A DNA stretch of 64,000 bases, taken from a virus. Taxonomy: Duplodnaviria; Caudoviricetes. The stretch's first letter is position 1. The number at the start of each line of letters is the position of its first letter. This document shows, one piece after another, positions 1 to 7,957 of this stretch. The DNA is taken from positions 1 to 64,000 of IMG/VR virus record IMGVR_UViG_3300021256_000095; one strand, given 5' to 3'. A model generated the notes under the pieces. It was not told the origin of the DNA. It did not search any database and saw nothing but the letters and a program-made list of their open reading frames with translations. The translations under genes and the position numbers were made by a program.

Positions 1-35
1 TTATCAAAGTGCTTTTTGTTTCATTTTCTATATAT

Positions 36-64
36 ATTATATAAAAAATTTTTTAAAATGTCAA
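36..64 (-). promoter_or_regulatory. sigmaA-type promoter (TTGACA-N17-TATAAT); first of about 13 near-identical left-arm promoters
   Basis: + strand attata at 36-41 and tgtcaa at 59-64. The same layout recurs at about 2095, 2715, 4724, 5205, 6135, 7928, 9364, 9837, 10184, 11428, 13303 and 15613. Confidence 0.8.
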
Positions 65-164
65 ATCAGTTACTCGGCGCGGGTTGTGTACAGATACCGC
101 AATACTGGTGGGTCTACATATGATAATATATGAACATTTGCCTAAACGCAACTGATTTGATTAG

Positions 165-235
165 CTGGGGTAGTTGGATTCGAACCAACGTTCATGGAGT
201 CAAAGTCCACCGTCTTACCGCTTGGCTATACCCCA
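165..235 (-). tRNA. tRNA-Gln(UUG)
   Basis: Reverse complement folds as a cloverleaf; anticodon arm GGA-CTTTGAC-TCC; GGTTCGAATCC T-arm. Confidence 0.93.
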
Positions 236-243
236 ATATTTAG

Positions 244-327
244 TGCGCTTGGCGGGACTTGAACCCGCATGAACTTTCGCTCGAGGGATTTTAAGTCCCT
301 TGTGTCTGCCGATTCCACCACAGGCGC
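244..327 (-). tRNA. tRNA-Leu(UAA)
   Basis: GGGA-CTTAAAA-TCCC anticodon arm, long variable arm, GGTTCAAGTCC T-arm. Confidence 0.93.
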
Positions 328-772
328 ATATTGCGGGAACCCAGCTTTGAAACTTCACGAAGCGCCATTCCCGCACTCCTTTTATCTCTCTCTATTGAAT
401 AACTCCCGTGCTAATATGCTTACACTACAAGACTTGGAGATTATGAATATGTAGCTTATCATAGAAAGAGAGGAAGCTTTCAGCTACATATTTTATAATA
501 ATGGCATATAAGATTAACTCTTATTCTAGGACATATGCCAGATCCTGTTCTGTTTAGTTGGTCAGACAACCATTATTACATTACTACATTACTATTGTAC
601 AAAGACAATAATTATTGCACGATAGCCTGCCGAAGCGGGACAGCAACCCCCACATTATTCTTGAGTTTAGTCAAGCGAGTTCTCTTTTTGATTTTACTCC
701 ATTCGGTTATCTACCCTCTGTGCTACGCCCAAAGACGATTTCGACTATTAAAAGGAAGTCGCTAACCTTAGT

Positions 773-844
773 GGCGGAGAGGGGAGTTGAACCCCTAGCC
801 CTTGACGTATGAAGCCACGAATCTACCTTTGATACTACTCCGCG
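773..844 (-). tRNA. tRNA-Met(CAU), initiator-like
   Basis: CGCGGAG/CTCCGCC acceptor with a C1:C72 mismatch; loop TTCATAC. The anticodon stem is weak and lacks the three G-C pairs typical of fMet tRNA. Confidence 0.75.
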
Positions 845-1639
845 TTATATTTTTTCCCATTCTTCTTCAGAATAAGATTTTATTTCTTGTTTTTTAAATG
901 GTAAATTATAACTTTTACACCATTTTCTTATACTGTTATCAGTAACATTATATTTTTTACCTATTTGAACAAACGAAGTTGTTCTAATTAATTGTTTCAA
1001 TTCTTCTCTTGTTACAGGTCTAGTTGCTAATCCTTCTTGTTTTTGAATTTCATGTCTACAATCTTGACAATACTCTGCATTTTTACTAACTATTTTATGA
1101 CATTTTTTACAATAAAAGATTTGTTTTTTAGTTCTTGTGCAGTCAAAAGGACTAATTCTTAATGGATAAATTAATTTACTTTCTCTCCAAGTTCTTCCTG
1201 TATTAATATCTCTAATAGTATCTTCATGCACTCCATATATCTTTGCAATTTGAGGATAAGATAAATTCGATTTTGTTTTATCCAATAAAATTTTTTGAAT
1301 GTCTTTTACTTGAGCATAAGTTAATTTCACTCCATGAACTTGATAATCTCCACCTTCTGTTTGATTATAAACTGGATTATAATATTTTATCCAATAATGT
1401 TCTCTTTCATTAAGCTTATTAATATCGCATTCTTCAATAACTTCAAATGAAAAATTATCAATTCCATATTTCCTAAAAGCTCTATATAAAGGATAATCAT
1501 ACCCTTTATCATTTTTATTTTGACTTGCTACTTTATGGTCTGACCATCTTTTATTAATATTTCTACTTTGACCTATATAACAATGACCATTTAAATTATT
1601 AGTTATTTTATAAATTCCTATCATAGTAAAAACCTCCAT
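845..1639 (-). CDS. GIY-YIG homing-type endonuclease with C-terminal zinc finger and HTH
   Basis: GIYKITN...YIGQS...RW..H motif; CKKC...CQDC followed by an HTH-like tail. The stop codon abuts the tRNA-Met 5' end. Confidence 0.9.
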   Translation of the reverse strand: MEVFTMIGIYKITNNLNGHCYIGQSRNINKRWSDHKVASQNKNDKGYDYPLYRAFRKYGIDNFSFEVIEECDINKLNEREHYWIKYYNPVYNQTEGGDYQVHGVKLTYAQVKDIQKILLDKTKSNLSYPQIAKIYGVHEDTIRDINTGRTWRESKLIYPLRISPFDCTRTKKQIFYCKKCHKIVSKNAEYCQDCRHEIQKQEGLATRPVTREELKQLIRTTSFVQIGKKYNVTDNSIRKWCKSYNLPFKKQEIKSYSEEEWEKI

Positions 1640-2212
1640 TTTTTTATTTCATATATATTTGAAAAAATGAAGATATATTTTATATAAAATTGACCTCTTA
1701 AATTTAAGAGTTCAATCTAATCCGCGTTATAAAACCTGTGATTTATCTCGTTAGCACAGGTACTCCGTGTCAGCAGGAAACGCTCTGACAAACTAGCGTT
1801 CTATTCTATGTCAAGGTATAATCATTGTCATAAGACATATAGTTCCGATTATTTAGACGGGAATAGACAAGCCACTTATAACCTTAGGAATAATAATATC
1901 GTAAAAGCTAAAGACTGGGCGGGGTTCATGTTTCATAACCACTCTTACCTATTGTTTCATGTGAAGCTCATTTAATCTTCAAAGGCGGAGGGTTTTACGC
2001 TTTAAGCAACGCACCTCACTTCCCTCGCCTACCCAGTCGAGCGATGCGACCTGACTCGTTTCAGCTTTTATTTCTTTTTTCATCTTACATATATATTATA
2101 TCAAAAATTTTTATAAATTTCAAGTAAATGATATAAATGAGCCACTCGCATCCCACCACCTTGTTTCATGTGCCTAAGCCTTGTCCGCTATTATATCATA
2201 TACTTGAAAAGC

Positions 2213-2283
2213 CACCCCTGAGGAACTCGAATCCTACATTCCCAGAATGAAAATCTGGTGTACTGACCTTTATACGAAGGGGC
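2213..2283 (-). tRNA. tRNA-Glu(UUC)
   Basis: CCAGA-TTTTCAT-TCTGG anticodon arm; GCCCCTT/AGGGGTG acceptor. Confidence 0.88.
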
Positions 2284-2611
2284 GAAATAATACAACTCTT
2301 TACTTTACGAAGCAGTTGCCGCACCGTGTAACTCATTAGTACAATCATCACTGGGTAAATTAGTAAGCTCGACCTGTCCCAGCTTATTGATTGGGTCCCC
2401 TCTTCACCGCATTGTCGATGTGATCTCTCGTAGCCGCTTACTCAATTATTTGTCAACTTATATCTTGTTCTACGACTCCCCGCTATATATAGTCGAAATT
2501 CTCCGCGTCCGTGGTACTGTTGTATCGTCTATCAAGACGTCCTGGGCCTTCAGGAGGATATTCTCTGCGGCGGTCGGATCCTACCTTCCGCAGTTTTTAT
2601 TGTTGACTTAG

Positions 2612-2686
2612 TCGGGGTGACAGGATTCGAACCTGCGACCTCCTGATCCCAAATCAGGCGCTCTAGCCAAGCTGAGCCACACCCCA
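2612..2686 (-). tRNA. tRNA-Pro(UGG)
   Basis: CCTGA-TTTGGGA-TCAGG anticodon arm; canonical D and T arms. Confidence 0.95.
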
Positions 2687-3286
2687 TTAATATTTTCTTA
2701 ACTTTTCTATATATATTATAATAAAATTTTTTATAAAATTCAAATTAATTTTTTGGTTGATTGGGGAGAACCACTCCCCTAAAGAAGATTACCATTCTCC
2801 TATAAGTTTTTTGAGATGAAAGCTTATAAAAAATCTAAGATTTGAACATTCAATCTAAAAGTAGATTTTATCGTTATATCAAACGGATAGTTTTTGGTTT
2901 TGAGTGACTATCAACTCTTCATATAGAAGGCACTTCCTTCTATGATACCCGACTTCTGATTCTCACTGGTATCGGGCGGTAGGACCTCTATGGGTAACTT
3001 AATCCCAGCCCACGCATTGTTTCTAACTCAGAGTGACGACTCTCCTTCAAATCAAACGTCTCTTTTAATATTGATTTTAAGTTAGTACAATTTTAATTAT
3101 CTATTATTTTTGTAAGGGTGTCTCTAAGCAGCACTTCTCCTTGTTTTACCCCTTACTATTTACATCAACTGTCGCTATCAATGTAAAACTAGGACATAAG
3201 TTATTTTCAAGTCAGGCTACGACATTAATACCTTTCTTGATGCTCTGTAAGCCGTCCAAGGGAGTCGAACCCTCAATCCATTGATT

Positions 3287-4058
3287 TGTTTCCTATGCTC
3301 TAAATATTTTCCCATTCTTCGTCAGAAAAATTGTTAATTTCTGTCTTTTTTCTTGGAAGATTATAATAATCACACCATTTTCTTACTGCATTATCTGTAA
3401 CTTTATAATCTTCTCCTATCTGGGTAAAAGGTTTTGTTCTTATTAAATCTTTTAATGTTTGTCTATCAGGTCTATCTACTATTCTATTTTTTATAGAAAG
3501 ACAATCAATACATAATACAGCTTTTGAACTTATTTCTTTTCCACAATTTTTACAATAATATTTTTTAGGTTGAACATGATTTACTTTATGATATTGAAAA
3601 TCATTATAATTTTCTAAAGTGGATAAAATTGTTATAAGTTCATAGTCTTCTGCTTTATTGTAATTATTTTGATTATTTTTAGGAGGAATAAATCTTAATT
3701 TTTTAGCAGAAGAACATTCTTCGACAGGAATAAGATAAGATTTTCCTTCATAATAAGTATAAAAATAATCAATTTCGTCTTTTGTATAAGACCGCTGAAT
3801 AGTTTCAGTTGAATTAACTCTTGTGCTTCTGGTTGAAAAAACTATATAATCATTATTTTCTCCAACAGAAGAAGTTTTACATTGAATTTTAATAAAATGG
3901 TCACCTAAATCAGCAATATAATCATAACGACTATCTTCAACTATTGGTTTAGATAATAAAATTCCAATCTCACTAAAAGCTAATTCACATTGTAATTCTG
4001 TAATTAAACCTTTTTGTTTAGTTTCATTCATTTTATCATCTCCTAATCGAGTTAGGAA
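3287..4058 (-). mobile_element. 772-nt intervening sequence at tRNA position 36/37 carrying an endonuclease ORF
   Basis: 27-nt leader + 732-nt ORF + 13-nt trailer. The ends are complementary across the junctions (TTGTTTCCTA / TAGGAAACAA). Confidence 0.85.
3300..4031 (-). CDS. PD-(D/E)XK endonuclease (resembles the PDDEXK_5 / I-Ssp6803I-like group) with C-terminal zinc finger and HTH
   Basis: KGLITEL...RYDYIAD...IKIQCKT motif; CKNC...CIDC. The real start is MNETK at 4031 after SD AGGAG; the track's extension to 4178 runs through the tRNA exon. Confidence 0.85.
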   Translation of the reverse strand: MNETKQKGLITELQCELAFSEIGILLSKPIVEDSRYDYIADLGDHFIKIQCKTSSVGENNDYIVFSTRSTRVNSTETIQRSYTKDEIDYFYTYYEGKSYLIPVEECSSAKKLRFIPPKNNQNNYNKAEDYELITILSTLENYNDFQYHKVNHVQPKKYYCKNCGKEISSKAVLCIDCLSIKNRIVDRPDRQTLKDLIRTKPFTQIGEDYKVTDNAVRKWCDYYNLPRKKTEINNFSDEEWENI

Positions 4059-4288
4059 ACAAGTCAATTGCGTTACCATTGCGCCAAGACGGCATATCAT
4101 CAAGTGAGTAGTTTCAACCTCACGCATCTCTAGCGGGTTCAACGAATCGTAACTGGGGTAGCTTACTCGGATTTTCACCGACGCCCTCTGTGGTGTCTCC
4201 CCACTGCTTCCCGCCTACTGAGCTTTATTCTCTTCACGGCTTTTACAGTTTATTTTTAATAAACCTCTGTGCTTGCCTATTGATGAAA

Positions 4289-4358
4289 TTCACTGAATAG
4301 GATTCGAACCTACAACACCCGAGCCAATCAGTAGAGTTACCTATTACTCCATCAGTGA
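4289..4358 (-). pseudogene. tRNA-like element (Gln-type D arm) with a 5-nt anticodon loop
   Basis: TCACTGA/TCAGTGA acceptor and GTAGG-TTCGAAT-CCTAT T-arm; anticodon arm CTGA-TTGGC-TCGG. Confidence 0.7.
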
Positions 4359-4444
4359 AACTGGACCGTCGTCCATTGCGCGAACTTTCTTTGTTTGATT
4401 TATATTCCGCGAAAAAGAAAGAAAGAAAAAAGCTGCGGAGCGCA

Positions 4445-4515
4445 CTCCCCTGTCTGGATTCGGACCAGAGAGAATTGATTAACAATCAATCATGTTACCA
4501 CTACATCACAAGGGA
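4445..4515 (-). tRNA. tRNA-Asn(GUU)
   Basis: ATTGA-TTGTTAA-TCAAT anticodon arm; TCCCTTG/CAGGGGA acceptor. Confidence 0.88.
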
Positions 4516-4520
4516 TTAGA

Positions 4521-4591
4521 ATGACTAGACAGGAATCGAACCTGTTCCGTTACTCTTGCGAGTTCCATCCTACCATTAGAACGACTAGTCA
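4521..4591 (-). ncRNA. tRNA-like RNA whose anticodon arm ends in a GCAA tetraloop
   Basis: TGACTAG/CTAGTCA acceptor, ACAGG-TTCGATT-CCTGT T-arm, and ACTC-GCAA-GAGT in place of the anticodon arm. Confidence 0.7.
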
Positions 4592-4764
4592 TCAAGAGGG
4601 GAAGGAAGAGTTGCGGGCAGCTACCCGCCTCTTATTACTTGGTCTTACATCTTCAGCGTTTCCGCCTTGTAGCCTAACTTCCACTGGAGTATTTTCAACT
4701 CACTCTCTTTATTTTCTATATATATTATAATAAAAATTTTTTAAAATTTCAAATTATATTTCTT

Positions 4765-5181
4765 TTAATAATATTTATAAGGATAATATTTTAAGTTCCA
4801 TAAATTATCATCAATTTCTATTTTAGTATAGTCTATCTTTTCATCCTTATATGGATTATTACCATTCTGCCAAGTATCAGTATCATTAGCGATAAAACGA
4901 TTACCTATCTTCCATACAGTAAAACCAGTAAAAGAAAGATTTGGAACATAATCTATACCATAGTCTTTATAATATTTAGTCTTTTTATCATATCCTCGTA
5001 TAGTCGCATATAACAAACCACCGCTACCATCTTCAAATCTTTCAAAATTACTGTTTATTATATGAAATACAAACCTACCATTCCATAAAAAATCATTTTC
5101 TATTGATTTATTCAATTCTCTTACAAGTTTATTTAACTTATGCTGATACTTTTTTCTTAATTTATCTCTCATAATTATCAC
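4765..5181 (-). CDS. hypothetical protein
   Basis: 138-aa ORF with its own promoter at about 5205-5233. Confidence 0.7.
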   Translation of the reverse strand: MIIMRDKLRKKYQHKLNKLVRELNKSIENDFLWNGRFVFHIINSNFERFEDGSGGLLYATIRGYDKKTKYYKDYGIDYVPNLSFTGFTVWKIGNRFIANDTDTWQNGNNPYKDEKIDYTKIEIDDNLWNLKYYPYKYY

Positions 5182-5243
5182 ATCCTTTTTTATTTTCTAT
5201 AATAATTATAGCAAAAATTTTAAAAAAATGCAAAAATTTAAAA

Positions 5244-5313
5244 AGTGCTGAGTTGGAGTTGAACCAACTTTATTGCTTTTGCAGAGCAATCGCCTTCCGC
5301 AGACATTCAGCAC
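5244..5313 (-). tRNA. tRNA-Cys(GCA)
   Basis: TTGCT-CTGCAAA-AGCAA anticodon arm; U73 discriminator. Confidence 0.88.
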
Positions 5314-5404
5314 ATACTCCTACTTATTATTTTGGATTCGTCTAGACTCACCCCTTATATACAAGGTTACCATATAACTTTCGGAGTGTCCTTGTCGGAC
5401 AAAA

Positions 5405-5488
5405 TGGAGGTAGAGGGAATCGAACCCACTCGAAGCCAAAGCTGTGTGATCTACAGTCACACCCGCCTCCTTAACGGTTTATACCTCC
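5405..5488 (-). tRNA. tRNA-Tyr(GUA)
   Basis: TGTGA-CTGTAGA-TCACA anticodon arm; long variable arm. Confidence 0.92.
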
Positions 5489-5627
5489 GTAAAAACCTAA
5501 ATCACATCGGCTCATTACCCGTGTACCTCGGGGACATAACCGAACCATTACCGAACAATACAGGTATTGTCTTTTCTGGTGCTCTTGATTTAGTTGTTTT
5601 GTGCATGATTTAATATGTCTGCCTAAG

Positions 5628-5713
5628 CGCCGCAGATAGGACTTGCACCTATACACCATTTCTGGCTACTTGTTTTCAAGACAAGGGCTCCCACTATACT
5701 GAGCGACTGCGGC
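5628..5713 (-). tRNA. tRNA-Ser(UGA)
   Basis: CTTGT-CTTGAAA-ACAAG anticodon arm; long variable arm; G73. Confidence 0.92.
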
Positions 5714-5851
5714 TAAATTATAATCATATTTCATCTACCCCATCTATTCTGTCCTCCGATGGGTTGAGAGGTTGCTGAGCAACATTTATACTAATTACGA
5801 CCTCGCTTTCGGTCACAGGTCACCAGATCTCTGGCGAAATATGATTATGAA

Positions 5852-5941
5852 CGCGGAGAGCAAGATTTGAACTTGCGGGGCAAGAACTTCCCGCCCTATG
5901 GATTAGCAATCCACCACCTTAAACCACTCAGTCATCTCCGC
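5852..5941 (-). tRNA. tRNA-Ser(GCU)
   Basis: TGGA-TTGCTAA-TCCA anticodon arm; long variable arm; G73. Confidence 0.92.
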
Positions 5942-6173
5942 AAAAAGACACTTATTTATTAGAAGAAAATGTCTCAACACTGACGAACCCAAATCTATTT
6001 CTAATAAAATTAACTTCTGCCATACTGGTAACAAAAGTAATATGAGGTTTGTGAAAATCATCTACATATTTAACAATAAATACCATTTTCTTCATAAGCA
6101 TCTCTCCTTTATTTATTTTTCATTTTCTATATATATTATAATAAAAATTTTTTAAAAATTCAAATAAATAAAA

Positions 6174-6845
6174 TTACCAATCACAATAACAATCTAATGT
6201 TCCTGACGCGCAACCGCAATCATAGACTTTTCCATATTTACCAAAAGGTGTTAATATAACTGAACCTTTTTCATGATCGCTTGAAGCTAAACATATATAT
6301 CCATCTTGGTCACAAACAAAACCATCTTCATCTACATACCGCCCAGGGATGTTAAGGCCGCCGCCAGGTAATACTCGCTGACTATAATAAGTCCATTTGT
6401 ATCCACCCCAATAAATGACCCCCATCCAAATAAAGTCTGCGGGATCATAATCTCCTGATACATATTCTTCTGTTTCTTCTTCAATAGCATCTGAATCAGT
6501 TGCAATTACTTCTTCTACTTCTTCTTCAATGATAGCGGGAGGGACATAAGGCATTTCTTCTTCTGTATATACCTGTTCTTCTATCTTTTCTTCTGTTGAA
6601 AATGTAGGTTCTTCTGTGATTTCTTCTTCGGTTGTTGTTATAGTAGTTATTTCAGTTGTAGTAACTGTGAAGGTAATTACCTCTGTTGTTAATTCTATTT
6701 GAGTACCTTCTACAGTTGAGGCTTCCTCCACCTTAACTATTTTTTCTTTAGTTGATTTTTGTAATGATGCAAAAATTACTAATCCAACTATACTTAATAT
6801 TATAACTGCTAAACTTGCTATAATTTTTACTTTCTGATGTTTCAT
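6174..6845 (-). CDS. membrane-anchored protein with Thr/Glu-rich stalk and C-terminal 3D/DPBB-like domain
   Basis: N-terminal hydrophobic helix, low-complexity T/E linker, C-terminal GYICLAS...GKVYDCG segment. Confidence 0.6.
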   Translation of the reverse strand: MKHQKVKIIASLAVIILSIVGLVIFASLQKSTKEKIVKVEEASTVEGTQIELTTEVITFTVTTTEITTITTTEEEITEEPTFSTEEKIEEQVYTEEEMPYVPPAIIEEEVEEVIATDSDAIEEETEEYVSGDYDPADFIWMGVIYWGGYKWTYYSQRVLPGGGLNIPGRYVDEDGFVCDQDGYICLASSDHEKGSVILTPFGKYGKVYDCGCASGTLDCYCDW

Positions 6846-7010
6846 TAATTTTCTCCTTTTTCTTTCTTAATGTTTAATAACAAACCTATACAAAGAAAAT
6901 ATCGAAAAACGCTTGAAACTGTCACTTTCTTTTAACGCATTTTTCCCAGTATTTAAGATATTCTTCTCTTGTGGTTATTTATATTTAAAAAACTATATTT
7001 ATAGTTTTAT

Positions 7011-7313
7011 TTAAAATGTCCAATGATGATCACGCGCTTGTTTATTTAGCCACAATAAAAATTTATGCGCATCCGCATAATTACCCCATTCATACAAAAG
7101 TAAAGAAACTCCACAAGGAGTAGTTGGATAAAATGCAGTTATGGTAGCATGAAACTCGTTCTTTAACTTTAATACCCAATCTTCAAGAGAAATGCCTAAG
7201 AAGCGGGCAGGAACCCACCATCCATTACTATAATGAGCAAGATCTGAGTATTCTCCTACATGCCACTTTCCAATAGCATCTTGATATTCAGTTGCTTTAT
7301 AAGGACGAGCCAT
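7011..7313 (-). CDS. hypothetical protein
   Basis: ORF with SD in a tight run of minus-strand genes. Confidence 0.7.
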   Translation of the reverse strand: MARPYKATEYQDAIGKWHVGEYSDLAHYSNGWWVPARFLGISLEDWVLKLKNEFHATITAFYPTTPCGVSLLLYEWGNYADAHKFLLWLNKQARDHHWTF

Positions 7314-7325
7314 ATTTACCCCTTT

Positions 7326-7601
7326 CTAAAGACCTAATCTTTCCATTAAATTTTTTACATTAGCTATTTCTTCTTCTGTTGGCATATCTGAAACAGGAGA
7401 AGTTGATGGCGGCGCCTGCTCGCTCTCTGTGGCATTACCTACATTCACCTTTGCGCAAGTCAATGCAACCTTAATTTCAACTATTTCACCATTCTCTTCT
7501 ATTGGTATACGAAGTTCTTTTCCTCCATATATAAAAGCATTAGGGAACATTTCAAGTATTTTATTAGTTATCTGTTCTTTTGCAATACTTCCTTTAGCCA
7601 T
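7326..7601 (-). CDS. hypothetical protein
   Basis: ORF with SD in the same run. Confidence 0.75.
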   Translation of the reverse strand: MAKGSIAKEQITNKILEMFPNAFIYGGKELRIPIEENGEIVEIKVALTCAKVNVGNATESEQAPPSTSPVSDMPTEEEIANVKNLMERLGL

Positions 7602-7619
7602 TTTATTTACAGTTCCTTT

Positions 7620-7895
7620 CTAATTTTTTAAATTCTCGTCTGTTATAATTGTTATTACAAATAAGTCAGTTTTACTTGGCAAAGTAATTTTTATATCAGC
7701 GATATAAAATTCGTAATCCTTGCAGTAATCATCTCCAATTTCTTCACTAAAATCATTAAAAGAGCAAGGAACTTTAAGAAGCTGAATTTTCTTTATAGCT
7801 GCAATAAAATTTTCTACTCCTGATTTCATCATAAAACAGTAATATGGTTCCTTTTCATCCCAAAATTGATATTTAACTAAAGCTTCCATTTCCAT
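7620..7895 (-). CDS. hypothetical protein
   Basis: ORF downstream of the promoter at about 7928-7956. Confidence 0.65.
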   Translation of the reverse strand: MEMEALVKYQFWDEKEPYYCFMMKSGVENFIAAIKKIQLLKVPCSFNDFSEEIGDDYCKDYEFYIADIKITLPSKTDLFVITIITDENLKN

Positions 7896-7957
7896 ACTTA
7901 ATATCTCCTTTCTTATTTTCTATAATAATTATAATAAAAAATAATAAAAAAATCAAA

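Larger units (their letters stand above)
3250..4093 (-). tRNA. tRNA-Thr(UGU), split: exon 1 4093-4059, exon 2 3286-3250
   Basis: Joining gives GCCGTCTTGGCGCAATGGTAACGCAATTGACTTGT|AATCAATGGATTGAGGGTTCGACTCCCTTGGACGGCT, a complete cloverleaf with ATTGA-CTTGTAA-TCAAT. Confidence 0.88.

Noticed and set aside
1730-3245. tmRNA or RNase P RNA
   Set aside because: No tRNA-Ala-like termini with a tag ORF, and no GAGGAAAGTCC / P4 signature found by eye.
3287-4058. Group I/II intron or archaeal BHB explanation for the tRNA-Thr insert
   Set aside because: Only 40 non-coding nt, no P/Q/R/S elements, last nt is A rather than G; the 4-bp central helix of a BHB could not be formed at 36/37 or 37/38.
4032-4178. 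N-terminal extension of the 292-aa ORF in the track
   Set aside because: It runs through tRNA exon 1 and a structured RNA; the SD-backed ATG is at 4031.
269-5659. Short track ORFs overlapping tRNAs and ncRNAs (269, 535, 615, 2387, 4243, 4521, 5332, 5471)
   Set aside because: They overlap or are antisense to RNA genes and have no SD; these are shadow frames.
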